From an uncultured Ruminococcus sp. (GTDB lineage: Bacteria; Bacillota; Clostridia; Oscillospirales; Ruminococcaceae): DNA of 52,573 nucleotides. The stretch spans positions 1 through 52,573 of the forward strand of contig CADBTF010000228.1 of assembly GCA_902797485.1 (NCBI GenBank). The letters run 5' to 3'. Numbering within the stretch: position 1 is the stretch's first letter; each line of letters begins with the position of its first letter. Below the pieces are notes generated by a model. The model saw only the letters and a list, made by a program, of their open reading frames with translations. It was not told the origin of the DNA and did no database searches. A program made the position numbers and the translations under genes. Below, in pieces: positions 28,631-37,941 of the stretch.

Positions 28631-29386
28631 CTATAATGATCTGTAAAACGACAAAGTGTTGAAGGATCTTTCAAAATGATATTTTACAAAGCTTTCTGTA
28701 AATTTAGTCAGCTGTGTCTGGCAGTCAGTGGAGACCTTAATGGAAAAGAGCCTGTCAAAATCTGTCAGAGAGATATGCCTGACTATATAAAGCAGGCTTT
28801 TATTGAAAACAAAGCTCAATGCGCCGTCCTTGTAATCGCAGCAATCGTCGCAGAGAAGCTCCCCTGAGTAGAGGTCAAAGTGCATTCTATCGTCCTCATA
28901 CTTGAAGCATCTGGCGCAGCAGAGAAGATTCGGGCGCAGACCGATTTCGCACAGCAGCCGGAACTCAAAGATAGATTTCAGCAGCTCCATGTCTTTGATG
29001 CCCTCGTTCAGAAAGTGGAGGGTGTTCAGCGCAAGCCTCAGCACATCGCTCTTATCCAGCCCGTATTCGGTGCCGGAATAATAGAGCAGCTCTGCAAAAT
29101 AGGCTGCCAGTGAGGCCTTGTAGGGGTCCAGCCTGATATTGTAAAAGATCCTCACCGGCTCGGCGCTGTTGAGGTAGCAGTAATTCTCTCCCTTATAGCT
29201 GTACTTTTCATCAAAGCAGATCAGCGAATAGACGTGGAGCTGGGTGGCGGCGGCGTGCTTAGTGCTTTTCATTCCGCCCCTGACGAATATGCTGAACACT
29301 CCCCGCTCGGCGGTCAGAACATATATAAGCTTATTGCTTTCTCCTATCGGTTCCTCTCTTATCACCAGGCAGTTCAGCGTTTGCAT
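28631..29386 (-). CDS. recO: DNA repair protein RecO
   Basis: N-terminal OB-fold pattern, CCARC...CDDC Zn motif, position after era-yqzL. Confidence 0.88.
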   Translation of the reverse strand: MQTLNCLVIREEPIGESNKLIYVLTAERGVFSIFVRGGMKSTKHAAATQLHVYSLICFDEKYSYKGENYCYLNSAEPVRIFYNIRLDPYKASLAAYFAELLYYSGTEYGLDKSDVLRLALNTLHFLNEGIKDMELLKSIFEFRLLCEIGLRPNLLCCARCFKYEDDRMHFDLYSGELLCDDCCDYKDGALSFVFNKSLLYIVRHISLTDFDRLFSIKVSTDCQTQLTKFTESFVKYHFERSFNTLSFYRSL

Positions 29387-29465
29387 TTATGTCGTCCTCC
29401 GAAGAATGTTTATACTCAAGATAGTCTTTGATCTTACCGGTCTTCATGAATTTTTCCCATAGCAT
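29331..29465 (-). CDS. yqzL: YqzL-like small protein (44 aa)
   Basis: Manual translation MLWEKFMKTGKIKDYLEYKHSSEDD...; WxxFxxTGxIxxYLxYK motif; RBS GGAGG; lies between era and recO; below the ORF-track cutoff. Confidence 0.75.
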   Translation of the reverse strand: MLWEKFMKTGKIKDYLEYKHSSEDDINANAELPGDKRGTDRRKQ

Positions 29466-29535
29466 AGGTTATCGCCTCCACTGTATAGTATTTGCAAAGC
29501 AGAGGCGAATATTAATTGGAAAAATATAGGCAATA

Positions 29536-30435
29536 TCAGCTCAGGCCGAAATTTTTGATAAGGGCCTCACGGTTCCTCCAGCCCTCCTTGACCTTTACCC
29601 AGCATTTCAGATTGACCTTTATAGCAAAAAAAGCTTCCAGCTCGGCTCTGGCGTCGGCACCGATACGCTTGAGCATCTGGCCGCCCTTGCCGATAACGAT
29701 ACCCTTGTGGGATTCCCGCTCGCAGTAGATAGTAGCAGTGATATCAAGGATATCCTCGCCGGAGCTGTCAGTGCGCTCATTCAGGGTCTCGATAGTAACG
29801 GCAATGCCGTGTGGGATCTCCTCATTGAGGTTATTAAGAGCCTTCTCTCTTATCATCTCAGCCATTATGACCTTCTCCGGCTGGTCAGTGAGCATATTCT
29901 CCGGGAAATAGTGGGGGCCGGGGGCGGCGAATTTATCAATAGCCTGCATGATAAGGTCAAGGCCGTCTTTTTCCAGCACGCTCACCGGAATGATCTCCTC
30001 AAAATCATAAAGCTTGGAATACTCCGAAAGCTTTGCCATAAGCTCGGTCTTATCCTCGAGCAGGTCGATCTTATTGACCACAAGAATAACATGGGAGCGC
30101 TTTGAAAACTCAGCTGCCAGTGCCTTTTCCGGCTCGGAGATGCCCTTGGTGCAGTCGATCACCAGCAGGGCGGTCTCAAGCTCTGCCACTGAATCGTTGA
30201 TGGTCTTGACCATATGCTCAGAGAGCTTGTTTCTCGCCTTGTGCATACCGGGGGTGTCGATAAACACATACTGTGTGCCGCCATTGGTTTTGACACCGGT
30301 TATCTTGGTCCTTGTGGTCTGAGGCTTGGCGCTGACGGCTGCTATCTTCTCGCCTATCAGGGCGTTGAGCAGTGAGCTCTTGCCGGCGTTCGGCCTGCCG
30401 ATTATAGTAACAAATGCGTTTTTAGTTTCGCTCAT
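29536..30435 (-). CDS. era: GTPase Era
   Basis: GRPNAGKS, PQTTR, DTPG, NKID, KH domain (VIGKGG); start trimmed to MSETK. Confidence 0.97.
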   Translation of the reverse strand: MSETKNAFVTIIGRPNAGKSSLLNALIGEKIAAVSAKPQTTRTKITGVKTNGGTQYVFIDTPGMHKARNKLSEHMVKTINDSVAELETALLVIDCTKGISEPEKALAAEFSKRSHVILVVNKIDLLEDKTELMAKLSEYSKLYDFEEIIPVSVLEKDGLDLIMQAIDKFAAPGPHYFPENMLTDQPEKVIMAEMIREKALNNLNEEIPHGIAVTIETLNERTDSSGEDILDITATIYCERESHKGIVIGKGGQMLKRIGADARAELEAFFAIKVNLKCWVKVKEGWRNREALIKNFGLS

Positions 30436-30919
30436 TTTTATTTCCTTTCTTTTTTCCGCCGGGAACAAATATCACAGCCAGCCAGATAACAAGAGACAGT
30501 ATCAGCAGCACAAGCTGCAGGGTATTCTCCGCAAAATAGCTGCCTATATTCTTAAAGACCTCAACATTCCAGAACAGCCTTACACCCACAGCCGCAGCAG
30601 CGGCTGCTGCTATGAGCACAGCTCCGGCGGCGCAGTCCTTGGCGATCTTGGCAAGGGGGTGCTTCTCCGGGGAGACCATATCCACAAGGGCTTCAACGGC
30701 AGTATTCACCGCCTCCAGTGAAATGACCGCAGCAATGACTATATACACAGCGATCTTTTCGATACGTTCCAGCTCATAGAACTGCATAAAGATCAGCACA
30801 TAAAAAGCGGCGCAAAAATGGAACCTCATATTGCGCTCGTTTTTTATACAATGTAAAATTCCGGAAAATGCGTAGGCAAACCCTTTGAAAAAGCTTTTAA
30901 GCTCAGGTCTTATACTCAT
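30422..30919 (-). CDS. dgkA: Diacylglycerol/undecaprenol kinase (DgkA family)
   Basis: ERNMRFH, EAVNTAVEALVD, KIAKDCAAGAV; start uncertain (ATG 30919 overlaps the ybeY stop). Confidence 0.88.
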   Translation of the reverse strand: MSIRPELKSFFKGFAYAFSGILHCIKNERNMRFHFCAAFYVLIFMQFYELERIEKIAVYIVIAAVISLEAVNTAVEALVDMVSPEKHPLAKIAKDCAAGAVLIAAAAAAAVGVRLFWNVEVFKNIGSYFAENTLQLVLLILSLVIWLAVIFVPGGKKKGNKNERN

Positions 30920-31418
30920 GCTCGTCAATAACGAAGGTCTCGTCCCGGGAGATGCCGAGGCTTGCAAGGATAGCTTCTTCCTTCTCACGCATTATCCTCT
31001 CCTGGAGCTTGCCCTCCTCGTGGTCATAGCCCAGCAGGTGCAGCATGGAATGGACAGTCAGGAAGCCCACCTCCCGCTCAAGGGAGTGGCCGTATACCTC
31101 TGCCTGCCTGTAAGCGGTCTCGATAGAGATCACAATATCTCCCAGCAGGAATGCGCCGGTCTCGTGGTCAATATCATAAACGCCGTTCTCTCCCAGCGGG
31201 AAGGACAGCACATCAGTTGAGCGGTCAATATTGCGGTGCTCAAGATTAAGGGCATGGATAGCCTCGTCATTGACGAAGGTAACGCTGATCTCATAGCTCT
31301 CATTGCGGCCCTCGCTTTCAAGCACTGCATGGCAGCACTTTCTGATAAGCAAGCGAATACCCGTCGGGATCTTGATGTCATTCTGATTGTTGGTTATCAA
31401 AACTTTAACCTTTCCCAT
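30903..31418 (-). CDS. ybeY: rRNA maturation RNase YbeY
   Basis: TDVLSFP, LGDIVIS, HSMLHLLGYDH. Confidence 0.96.
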   Translation of the reverse strand: MGKVKVLITNNQNDIKIPTGIRLLIRKCCHAVLESEGRNESYEISVTFVNDEAIHALNLEHRNIDRSTDVLSFPLGENGVYDIDHETGAFLLGDIVISIETAYRQAEVYGHSLEREVGFLTVHSMLHLLGYDHEEGKLQERIMREKEEAILASLGISRDETFVIDEHEYKT

Positions 31419-32385
31419 TTCGATTTAAACTCCCCTTCTCATAAAACTTTTCATAAGCTCTGATAATATCCTGCACAAGCTTATGCCTAACTACGTCCTT
31501 TTCAGTGAACCTGTTAATTGAAATATCCTCTATGCCTTTCAGCACCTTTACTGCCTCTATAAGGCCGGAGCGCCTTGAATCAGGCAGGTCGATCTGAGTG
31601 ATGTCGCCGGTAATGACGATCTTGGAATTGAAGCCCAATCGGGTGAGGAACATTTTCATCTGCTCCGGGGTGGTGTTCTGAGCTTCGTCAAGGATAATAA
31701 AGGAATCATCAAGAGTGCGCCCTCTCATATATGCCAGCGGCGCAACCTCGATACAGCCTCGCTCCTGCTGCCTTGCAAAGGCCTCCGGGCCGAGCATCTC
31801 AAAAAGAGCATCATAGAGCGGCCTGAGATAAGGGTCCACCTTGTTTTGCAGGTCTCCCGGCAGGAAGCCCAGCTTTTCTCCCGCCTCAACAGCGGGACGG
31901 GTCAGAATGATCTTGTTTATCTCATGGGCTCTGAACGCCTTTACAGCCATTGCCACGGCAAGATAGGTCTTTCCGGTGCCGGCAGGCCCCACTCCAAGGA
32001 CTATGGTGTTATCCCTGATAGCGTCAACATAATGCTTCTGGCCCAGGGTCTTGGGCTTGACTATCCTGCCGCTCATGGTGACGCAGATGCCGTCGTCAGT
32101 TAGCTTAAAAAGATTTTCCTGAGTGCCCTCCTTCACAAGGGAGAACACATACCTGATATTCTGCTCATTGATAGCCTCGCCCTTATTTGCCATAGCCAGC
32201 AGTGAATCTATAGCCTTGGCTGCGTAGAATACATTTTCTTCGTCGCCGGTGATTTTGATATCTCCGCCCCTGCTCAAAACAGTAACGGAATACTCCTTCT
32301 GGATAAGGTTTATATTCTCATCATAGTTGCCGAAGAGATTCAGTACAGAATCCATTCTGTCAACATTAATAGTCCTTTCTGCCAT
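31405..32385 (-). CDS. phoH: PhoH-like ATPase
   Basis: GPAGTGKT, RPAVEAGE, YMRGRT, DEAQN, GDITQID. Confidence 0.96.
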   Translation of the reverse strand: MAERTINVDRMDSVLNLFGNYDENINLIQKEYSVTVLSRGGDIKITGDEENVFYAAKAIDSLLAMANKGEAINEQNIRYVFSLVKEGTQENLFKLTDDGICVTMSGRIVKPKTLGQKHYVDAIRDNTIVLGVGPAGTGKTYLAVAMAVKAFRAHEINKIILTRPAVEAGEKLGFLPGDLQNKVDPYLRPLYDALFEMLGPEAFARQQERGCIEVAPLAYMRGRTLDDSFIILDEAQNTTPEQMKMFLTRLGFNSKIVITGDITQIDLPDSRRSGLIEAVKVLKGIEDISINRFTEKDVVRHKLVQDIIRAYEKFYEKGSLNRNGKG

Positions 32386-32426
32386 TAAACGCTTTGTATT
32401 CCCTTCTGAAAAATTTCACCTCATAT

Positions 32427-32455
32427 ATTATAACACATCTGTTTTATAAATGCAA
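32427..32455 (-). promoter_or_regulatory. Sigma-A promoter of the phoH operon
   Basis: TTGCAT-N17-TATAAT with TGn; AT-rich upstream tract. Confidence 0.75.
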
Positions 32456-32486
32456 TTGTTTTTTTTATGTTTTTCACAGATTTTTT

Positions 32487-33677
32487 TCATTTATTAATAA
32501 AAAACTCAACTTCTTCACTAATGACGCCGTGAAGCTTGTATTTAGCCGTCAAATAGACGCCCTCGGGGGTTATCTTGGAGGTAAAGTCCTTGGATAAGAT
32601 CTCATATTCGCTGAGAAAATTATGCTCGTATGTCTCTGCCAGCTGCTCTGCCCGCCTGCCGGCTTCAAGCTTATCAATGGGGCGTTCGGTGATGTTATAC
32701 TCCGTCAGCACATAGCTTTTGACAGCAACCGGAAGCTCAACTCCCATAAAGGTCAGGGGGGTGACCTGCTGTTCGGTGATGATACTGCTGCTCTCGCCGG
32801 TGAAAAAGAGGGGTATGTCAACATCGAAAAGTGAGAGAAAGCTTTTCTCCACGGGCTCCGCTGCAAGGGCCTTTTCGGTGACGCTGTATGGCTGGAAGAA
32901 GGTCTCTGTCCGCTCAAAGGTGCCGTAGACCTTTCCAAGAGAGCGTGTGTAATAGTGAACATAGAAATGCTTGACAAAGCCGTGCCTTGTATAATTCAGA
33001 TCACCCAGCACGTCCCCGCTGATGATGACATCTCCTTTTTTCACTCCGCTGCCCACGGTGGTCATGAGCTGACCGTCAATATAGTCGATCTTGTCGATCA
33101 CGGCGTCCTCTCTGGCGATAAGATTTGTGGGAAGGCGCTTCTGGGTAAACTCCGGCTTGTCAACATTCTCCACCAGATCTACTGTCACCTTGCAGCCCTG
33201 TACGCTTATCCCTGCCCAGGAGATGCTGTCCAGCTTCTTTTTCATGTCACGCTCTATCAGTGTAAAGTCAACGTCCTTGATACTGCTGCCGGCGGTGACG
33301 CCGTTCTGATAAAGGACAGCCAGCACGTCTGCCTTGAGCTTGCTGTTATCCGTCAGCACCTCAAAGCTGAAAACGGTATCCGATAACAACAGTATAGTCA
33401 GAAAGGACACAGCGCAGCCAATCAGAACGCCCTTTTTCCGAAGGCAGCATTTAACAGCCCGGACAAGGCCGGTCTCCCTGATGATCTCATATTCTGCGGA
33501 GATTGCTTTGAGCCTTGCATCTATATCACGTTTCAGCTCATAGCCCACTGTAAAATACAGCCAGCCGTTTTTCTCATACATATTCTGCACTGAGAGAGAA
33601 TTTTCTGAAATGAACCTGAGCAGCCTTGCAGAGCAGCTGCTTTCGGCCTTATAAGTAACACTGCCGAGGAGGCTCAA
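32487..33677 (-). CDS. yqfD: Sporulation protein YqfD
   Basis: ~396 aa with one TM helix; ISWAGISVQG, NLIAREDAVI, VKKGDVIISG; lies between yqfC and phoH. Confidence 0.88.
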   Translation of the reverse strand: MSLLGSVTYKAESSCSARLLRFISENSLSVQNMYEKNGWLYFTVGYELKRDIDARLKAISAEYEIIRETGLVRAVKCCLRKKGVLIGCAVSFLTILLLSDTVFSFEVLTDNSKLKADVLAVLYQNGVTAGSSIKDVDFTLIERDMKKKLDSISWAGISVQGCKVTVDLVENVDKPEFTQKRLPTNLIAREDAVIDKIDYIDGQLMTTVGSGVKKGDVIISGDVLGDLNYTRHGFVKHFYVHYYTRSLGKVYGTFERTETFFQPYSVTEKALAAEPVEKSFLSLFDVDIPLFFTGESSSIITEQQVTPLTFMGVELPVAVKSYVLTEYNITERPIDKLEAGRRAEQLAETYEHNFLSEYEILSKDFTSKITPEGVYLTAKYKLHGVISEEVEFFINK

Positions 33678-33940
33678 ATTATCTCACCTGTCCTTTTTCT
33701 TTCAAGAGACAGGGAGCTTATCCTGCCTTTGACATTCACGCTGCTGTTATTGAAGCTGCTGAGCTTCAGGTCAGAGCCCCAGATCTCTATCACATACTGG
33801 CGGGTGACTACTCTTGCCAGCACTTCGCTGCATTCAAGTATCTGCTTGCAGCCCTCGATCAGCACGCTGCTGTCGTTGGTTATTGAGATAAAGGAATAGC
33901 CTCCGGCAGCATCAATGAGTTTTTCTTTATAGCTTTCCAT
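33674..33940 (-). CDS. yqfC: YabP/YqfC family sporulation protein
   Basis: IEGCKQILEC, IWGSDLKL, VKGRISSL; directly upstream of yqfD. Confidence 0.82.
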   Translation of the reverse strand: MESYKEKLIDAAGGYSFISITNDSSVLIEGCKQILECSEVLARVVTRQYVIEIWGSDLKLSSFNNSSVNVKGRISSLSLERKRTGEII

Positions 33941-33965
33941 AGTTGTCCTCCTTTGCTGTTTATAA

Positions 33966-33997
33966 ATTATATTTTCAAAAGGGGGAACATATACATT
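33966..33997. promoter_or_regulatory. Overlapping divergent sigma-E type promoters (yqfCD and ylbJ)
   Basis: Plus strand ATA-N18-TATACATT; minus strand ATA-N16-AATATAAT; both genes are sigma-E controlled in B. subtilis. Confidence 0.4.
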
Positions 33998-34015
33998 TCA
34001 AGGGGGGCGGTAACA

Positions 34016-35083
34016 GTGAAAAAATTATTTCAGGCTGTGATGGGCGGTCTTACAGCAGCATCGGCAGTGGGAATGATCGTATATTCCGGGGCTGTGGCAG
34101 AGGCAGTCAGGCAGAGCGTTTACAGGTGCGCTGCCGTCATAGTGCCTTCGCTTTTTGCATTTATGGCCCTCTCAAAGCTTATGACTGCAACAGGCCTGCT
34201 TGAGAAGCTCTCTCTGCCTCTGGATATGACATTAGGCCGTCTGCTGAGGATTCCAAGGGGCGGCACGGGGCTGTTCCTGATCTCAAACATTGCGGGCTAC
34301 CCGGTGGGCGGGGCAATGCTTTCGCAGCTGACGGAAAGCGGCAGGATCAGCAAACCCTCCGCCGAGGCTATGCAGGTATACTGCTACGGCGGAGGGCCGG
34401 CCTTTACGGTAAGCGCCATTGGGGTGGGCATATATCAAAGCCCAAGGGCTGGGCTCACTATACTGCTGAGCGTGATCTCTGCCAATATGCTGCTGGCAAT
34501 AGCTGTAAACACGATATACAAGCCGGAGATAGTAAGCGCCGGAAAAAAGTCTCCAAAGGGCAGCGCACTTATCAGCTCTGTAACAGAAGCCGGCGAAGGT
34601 ATACTTGATATGTGCTTTATGATAATATTCTTTTCTGCGGCTATGGCTGTGGCGGAGCAGATCGGTGCCTTTGACCTTATATGTAAAGCTCTTGACCTGA
34701 CGGGCAATGAGGCTGTTATAATGCGCTCGGTATTTGAGATCACCTCAGCGGCAGAGCTGAGCAGCGCTTCTCTCGGAACAGTGCCGGCGCTGGCTGCGGT
34801 ATGCAGCTTTGGGGGGCTCTGCGTGATACTGCAATTGAGCGCAGCTGTCAGGGGGCGGTACAGTCTGAGACCGTTTCTGATGTGGATGCCGTTAAGAATT
34901 GGAATGGCAGCGGGCTTCGGAAAACTCTACAGCTGGATATTTTTGGATAATGCAGTACCCACATTTGCCAAAAGCGGGGTATTAATCGTCGAAATGAACA
35001 ATTTATTACCCTCAATTTGCTTAATAATGATGATTTTTATATTAGTTTTGCAAAAAAGACTGGATTTTTTGAGAGGACTATGA
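34016..35083 (+). CDS. ylbJ: Sporulation integral membrane protein, YlbJ-like
   Basis: IVPSLFAF, AGYPVGG, GPAF, FEIT, FGGLCV motifs; multi-TM; GTG start after a G-rich RBS. Confidence 0.82.
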   Translation: MKKLFQAVMGGLTAASAVGMIVYSGAVAEAVRQSVYRCAAVIVPSLFAFMALSKLMTATGLLEKLSLPLDMTLGRLLRIPRGGTGLFLISNIAGYPVGGAMLSQLTESGRISKPSAEAMQVYCYGGGPAFTVSAIGVGIYQSPRAGLTILLSVISANMLLAIAVNTIYKPEIVSAGKKSPKGSALISSVTEAGEGILDMCFMIIFFSAAMAVAEQIGAFDLICKALDLTGNEAVIMRSVFEITSAAELSSASLGTVPALAAVCSFGGLCVILQLSAAVRGRYSLRPFLMWMPLRIGMAAGFGKLYSWIFLDNAVPTFAKSGVLIVEMNNLLPSICLIMMIFILVLQKRLDFLRGL

Positions 35084-35089
35084 TATAAT
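35060..35089 (+). promoter_or_regulatory. Extended -10 promoter overlapping the ylbJ stop
   Basis: TGATATAAT at 35081-35089; weak -35. Confidence 0.5.
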
Positions 35090-35136
35090 TAATAGGCAGA
35101 AATCTATTTTAGCTATTCAAAGGAGTGTTTTAGACT

Positions 35137-35352
35137 ATGGCTAAGAAGAAAAACTTTTTCGGCAATGGAATTCAACCTTCCTGTTCCTATTGTGCATACG
35201 GCAACCGTTCAAGAGAGGGTAATAAGGTCCTGTGCGAGAAGCAGGGGCTTGTAGACGCTGATTACAGCTGCAAGAAATGGCTGTACGACCCTATCAAGAG
35301 AGTACCTAAGAAGCAGCTGAGTATTCCTAATCAGGAAGACGACGTTATCTGA
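35137..35352 (+). CDS. Small hypothetical protein with four Cys
   Basis: RBS AAGGAG; CSYC...C...C then YDPIKRVP; has its own promoter and terminator. Confidence 0.85.
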   Translation: MAKKKNFFGNGIQPSCSYCAYGNRSREGNKVLCEKQGLVDADYSCKKWLYDPIKRVPKKQLSIPNQEDDVI

Positions 35353-35363
35353 TTTGATCAATT

Positions 35364-35393
35364 AAGGCGGCAGTTTCATCTGCCGCCTTTTTT
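35364..35393. terminator. Terminator between the small Cys protein gene and yunB
   Basis: AAGGCGGCAG-N6-CTGCCGCCTT followed by a T-run. Confidence 0.85.
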
Positions 35394-35394
35394 C

Positions 35395-36012
35395 TTACGC
35401 CTGAAAATAGCACTCCGGCACCTGCCCGACTATGACTGTGTCTGCTGCTGTATACTCCTGACTTATGGTGATATTTTCCTCTCCGGTGGGGAGAAAGGCA
35501 GTAAACTCAACGGAAACCATTATCGAGACCTTGAAGCGGGTCTGGTTTATGCCGGCGCTCTCAAAGGAGGTCTCAAGCTTGGTGCCGGCAGTTCCCGACT
35601 GCTGGTAGTTGATGCTGATGTCCGGGCCTCTGCCGCTGAAATATGCAATATCTGTCAGGTCACCGAGAGTAAGCATTATTTTGTCATACTCTTTGGAGGA
35701 AAGCTTTTCGTTCACTGCCCGGCGTATATATCCCTGCAATTGATTTACCGCCTGAGAATCGGCGTTCACTGAAATGATCCTGCCGTCACTGTCCTTGGTG
35801 ATCTCGTAAAGGTCAAGCTCAAGAGAGGCAGCATAGAGAGAGGTATCTGCCAGGATATTATTGACTATCTCTCCGCATTTGTACTTGCAGAGCTCTGCTA
35901 AGTGGACCTTGATGCTGTGGTGTATCAAAGTAAAGCTGACTATCAGCACGACCATTACCAAAAGGCAAATATAAGAGATCATGCACTTTTTTGAAGCCTT
36001 ATGTCTGCTCAT
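35395..36012 (-). CDS. yunB: Sporulation protein YunB
   Basis: N-terminal TM helix; GRGPDI, FESAGINQTR, IVGQVP. Confidence 0.88.
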   Translation of the reverse strand: MSRHKASKKCMISYICLLVMVVLIVSFTLIHHSIKVHLAELCKYKCGEIVNNILADTSLYAASLELDLYEITKDSDGRIISVNADSQAVNQLQGYIRRAVNEKLSSKEYDKIMLTLGDLTDIAYFSGRGPDISINYQQSGTAGTKLETSFESAGINQTRFKVSIMVSVEFTAFLPTGEENITISQEYTAADTVIVGQVPECYFQA

Positions 36013-36064
36013 AGCTGTCACCTCAATATATTATAGGATAACAGCCTGAAAAAAGTGAATAGAC

Positions 36065-36098
36065 AAAAAAGCACCTCCGCTGAAACAAGCAGAGGTGC
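36065..36098 (-). terminator. Terminator after the transketolase genes
   Basis: GCACCTCTGCT-loop-AGCGGAGGTGC then TTTTTT. Confidence 0.8.
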
Positions 36099-36117
36099 CG
36101 TTCATTTTATCAGCCGA

Positions 36118-37065
36118 TCATTTTGCAGCTACAGCTGCCTTGGCGGTCTTAACGATGTTGTCTGCGCAGAGGCCGTATTCCTTCAGCAGCTGAACTGCCG
36201 GTCCTGAATGGCCGAACTCGTCGTTGACGCCGATCTTTACTACTTTAGTCGGGAGCTTAGCGGAGAGAACATCACATACTGCGGAGCCGAGTCCGCCGAT
36301 GATGCTGTGCTCCTCGACTGTGAGCACAAGGCCGGTATTCTTGGCAGCCTCAACTATAATATCCTCGTCGATAGGCTTGATAGTATGGATATTAATAACA
36401 GCAGCGCTGATGCCCTCTGCCTCAAGGACCTTAGCGGCTTCGATAGCCTCGTTTACCATAAGGCCGGTGGCAACTATAGCAATATCCTTGCCGTCACGCA
36501 GCTTGATGCCCTTGCCAAGCTCAAACTTATATGTGGCAGGGTCATTGAATACGGGAACAGCAAGTCTGCCGAAGCGCATATAAACAGGGCCGTTATACTT
36601 TATGGCAGCTTCAACGGCAGCCTTAGCCTCAACGTCGTCGGCAGGGTTGATTATTGTCATGCCGGGGATAGTTCTCATAAGAGCTATATCCTCGTTGCAC
36701 TGGTGGGTAGCACCGTCCTCACCGACGGAAATGCCGGCGTGGGTAGCGCCGATCTTTACATTAAGATGAGGGTACCCAATGGAGTTGCGAACAATCTCAA
36801 AGGCACGGCCCGCAGCGAACATAGCAAAGGTGGAAGCAAAGGGTATCTTACCTGTAGCAGCAAGCCCTGCGGCAACGCCCATCATGTTGGCCTCGGCAAT
36901 GCCGCAGTCAAAAAACCTTTCAGGAAATTTCTTCTTGAAAATGCCGGTCTTGGTAGCAGCAGCAAGGTCTGCATCAAGAACATAAAGATCTTCGTATTTA
37001 TCGCCAAGAGCAGCAAGCGCCTCGCCGTAGCTCTCTCTTGTTGCCTTCTTAATTACATCTGCCAT
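36118..37065 (-). CDS. Transketolase, C-terminal subunit
   Basis: GIAEANM, GEDGATHQ, VYMRFGR, EEHSIIGGLG. Confidence 0.95.
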   Translation of the reverse strand: MADVIKKATRESYGEALAALGDKYEDLYVLDADLAAATKTGIFKKKFPERFFDCGIAEANMMGVAAGLAATGKIPFASTFAMFAAGRAFEIVRNSIGYPHLNVKIGATHAGISVGEDGATHQCNEDIALMRTIPGMTIINPADDVEAKAAVEAAIKYNGPVYMRFGRLAVPVFNDPATYKFELGKGIKLRDGKDIAIVATGLMVNEAIEAAKVLEAEGISAAVINIHTIKPIDEDIIVEAAKNTGLVLTVEEHSIIGGLGSAVCDVLSAKLPTKVVKIGVNDEFGHSGPAVQLLKEYGLCADNIVKTAKAAVAAK

Positions 37066-37068
37066 TGC

Positions 37069-37908
37069 TCAGCCCTCCAATTCCTTCAATTTAGCATTAA
37101 GCTCATTCACAGCCTGCTCATACTGCTCTGCATTCGGAGCAGTACCGTGCCAGCCGACCTGGTTCTCCATATAGGAAACGCCCTTGCCCTTGACCGATTT
37201 CTGAATTATCACAACAGGCTGGCCCTTGACTGTATCAGCCTCGGCAAAGGCAGCCTCAATGCTGTCAAAATCGTGAGCGTTCATTTCGATAGCGTGCCAG
37301 CCGAAGGCCTCGAACTTTTCCTTGATGGGGTAGGGGGACATAACGTCGCTGATCTTTCCGTCTATCTGAAGGCCGTTGTTATCGACCACAGCTACAAGAT
37401 TATCAAGCTTGTAGTGAGCTGCAAACATAGCGGCCTCCCAGACCTGACCCTCCTCGATCTCGCCGTCACCGAGAACGGTGTATACCTTATAGGTATTGTT
37501 GGAGATCTTTCCGGAGAGGGCCATTCCGCAGGCAGCAGAAATGCCCTGACCAAGTGAACCGGAGGACATATCGACACCCGGTATAGTGATGCAGGGGTGG
37601 CCCTGGAGCATAGCGCCTATATGACGCAGGCTTTTGAGCTCGCTCTTATCAAAGAAGCCTTTCTCAGCCAGCACAGAATAAAGTGCAGGAGCGGTGTGAC
37701 CCTTGGAGAGCACGAATCTGTCTCTTTCAGGCTCATCGGGCTTGTCGGGGTAAACATTCATCTTTGCAAAATAGAGATAGGTCAGCAGGTCAGCAATAGA
37801 AAGAGAGCCGCCCGGGTGACCGGATTTAGCATTGAAAACACCCTCGATTATCCCGAGGCGCACTTTGCAGGCTGTGATCTCAAGCTGTTTTTTGATTGTA
37901 GCGTCCAT
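37069..37908 (-). CDS. Transketolase, N-terminal (TPP-binding) subunit
   Basis: SGHPGGSLS, DRFVLSKGH, GSLGQG, GDGEIEEG...NN. Confidence 0.95.
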   Translation of the reverse strand: MDATIKKQLEITACKVRLGIIEGVFNAKSGHPGGSLSIADLLTYLYFAKMNVYPDKPDEPERDRFVLSKGHTAPALYSVLAEKGFFDKSELKSLRHIGAMLQGHPCITIPGVDMSSGSLGQGISAACGMALSGKISNNTYKVYTVLGDGEIEEGQVWEAAMFAAHYKLDNLVAVVDNNGLQIDGKISDVMSPYPIKEKFEAFGWHAIEMNAHDFDSIEAAFAEADTVKGQPVVIIQKSVKGKGVSYMENQVGWHGTAPNAEQYEQAVNELNAKLKELEG

Positions 37909-37941
37909 AACATAACCTCCAAATATATTTATGATATAAAA

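Noticed and set aside
36208-37557. 449-aa plus-strand ORF
   Set aside because: Antisense shadow of the two transketolase genes; no recognisable motifs; long antisense frames are expected opposite codon-biased genes
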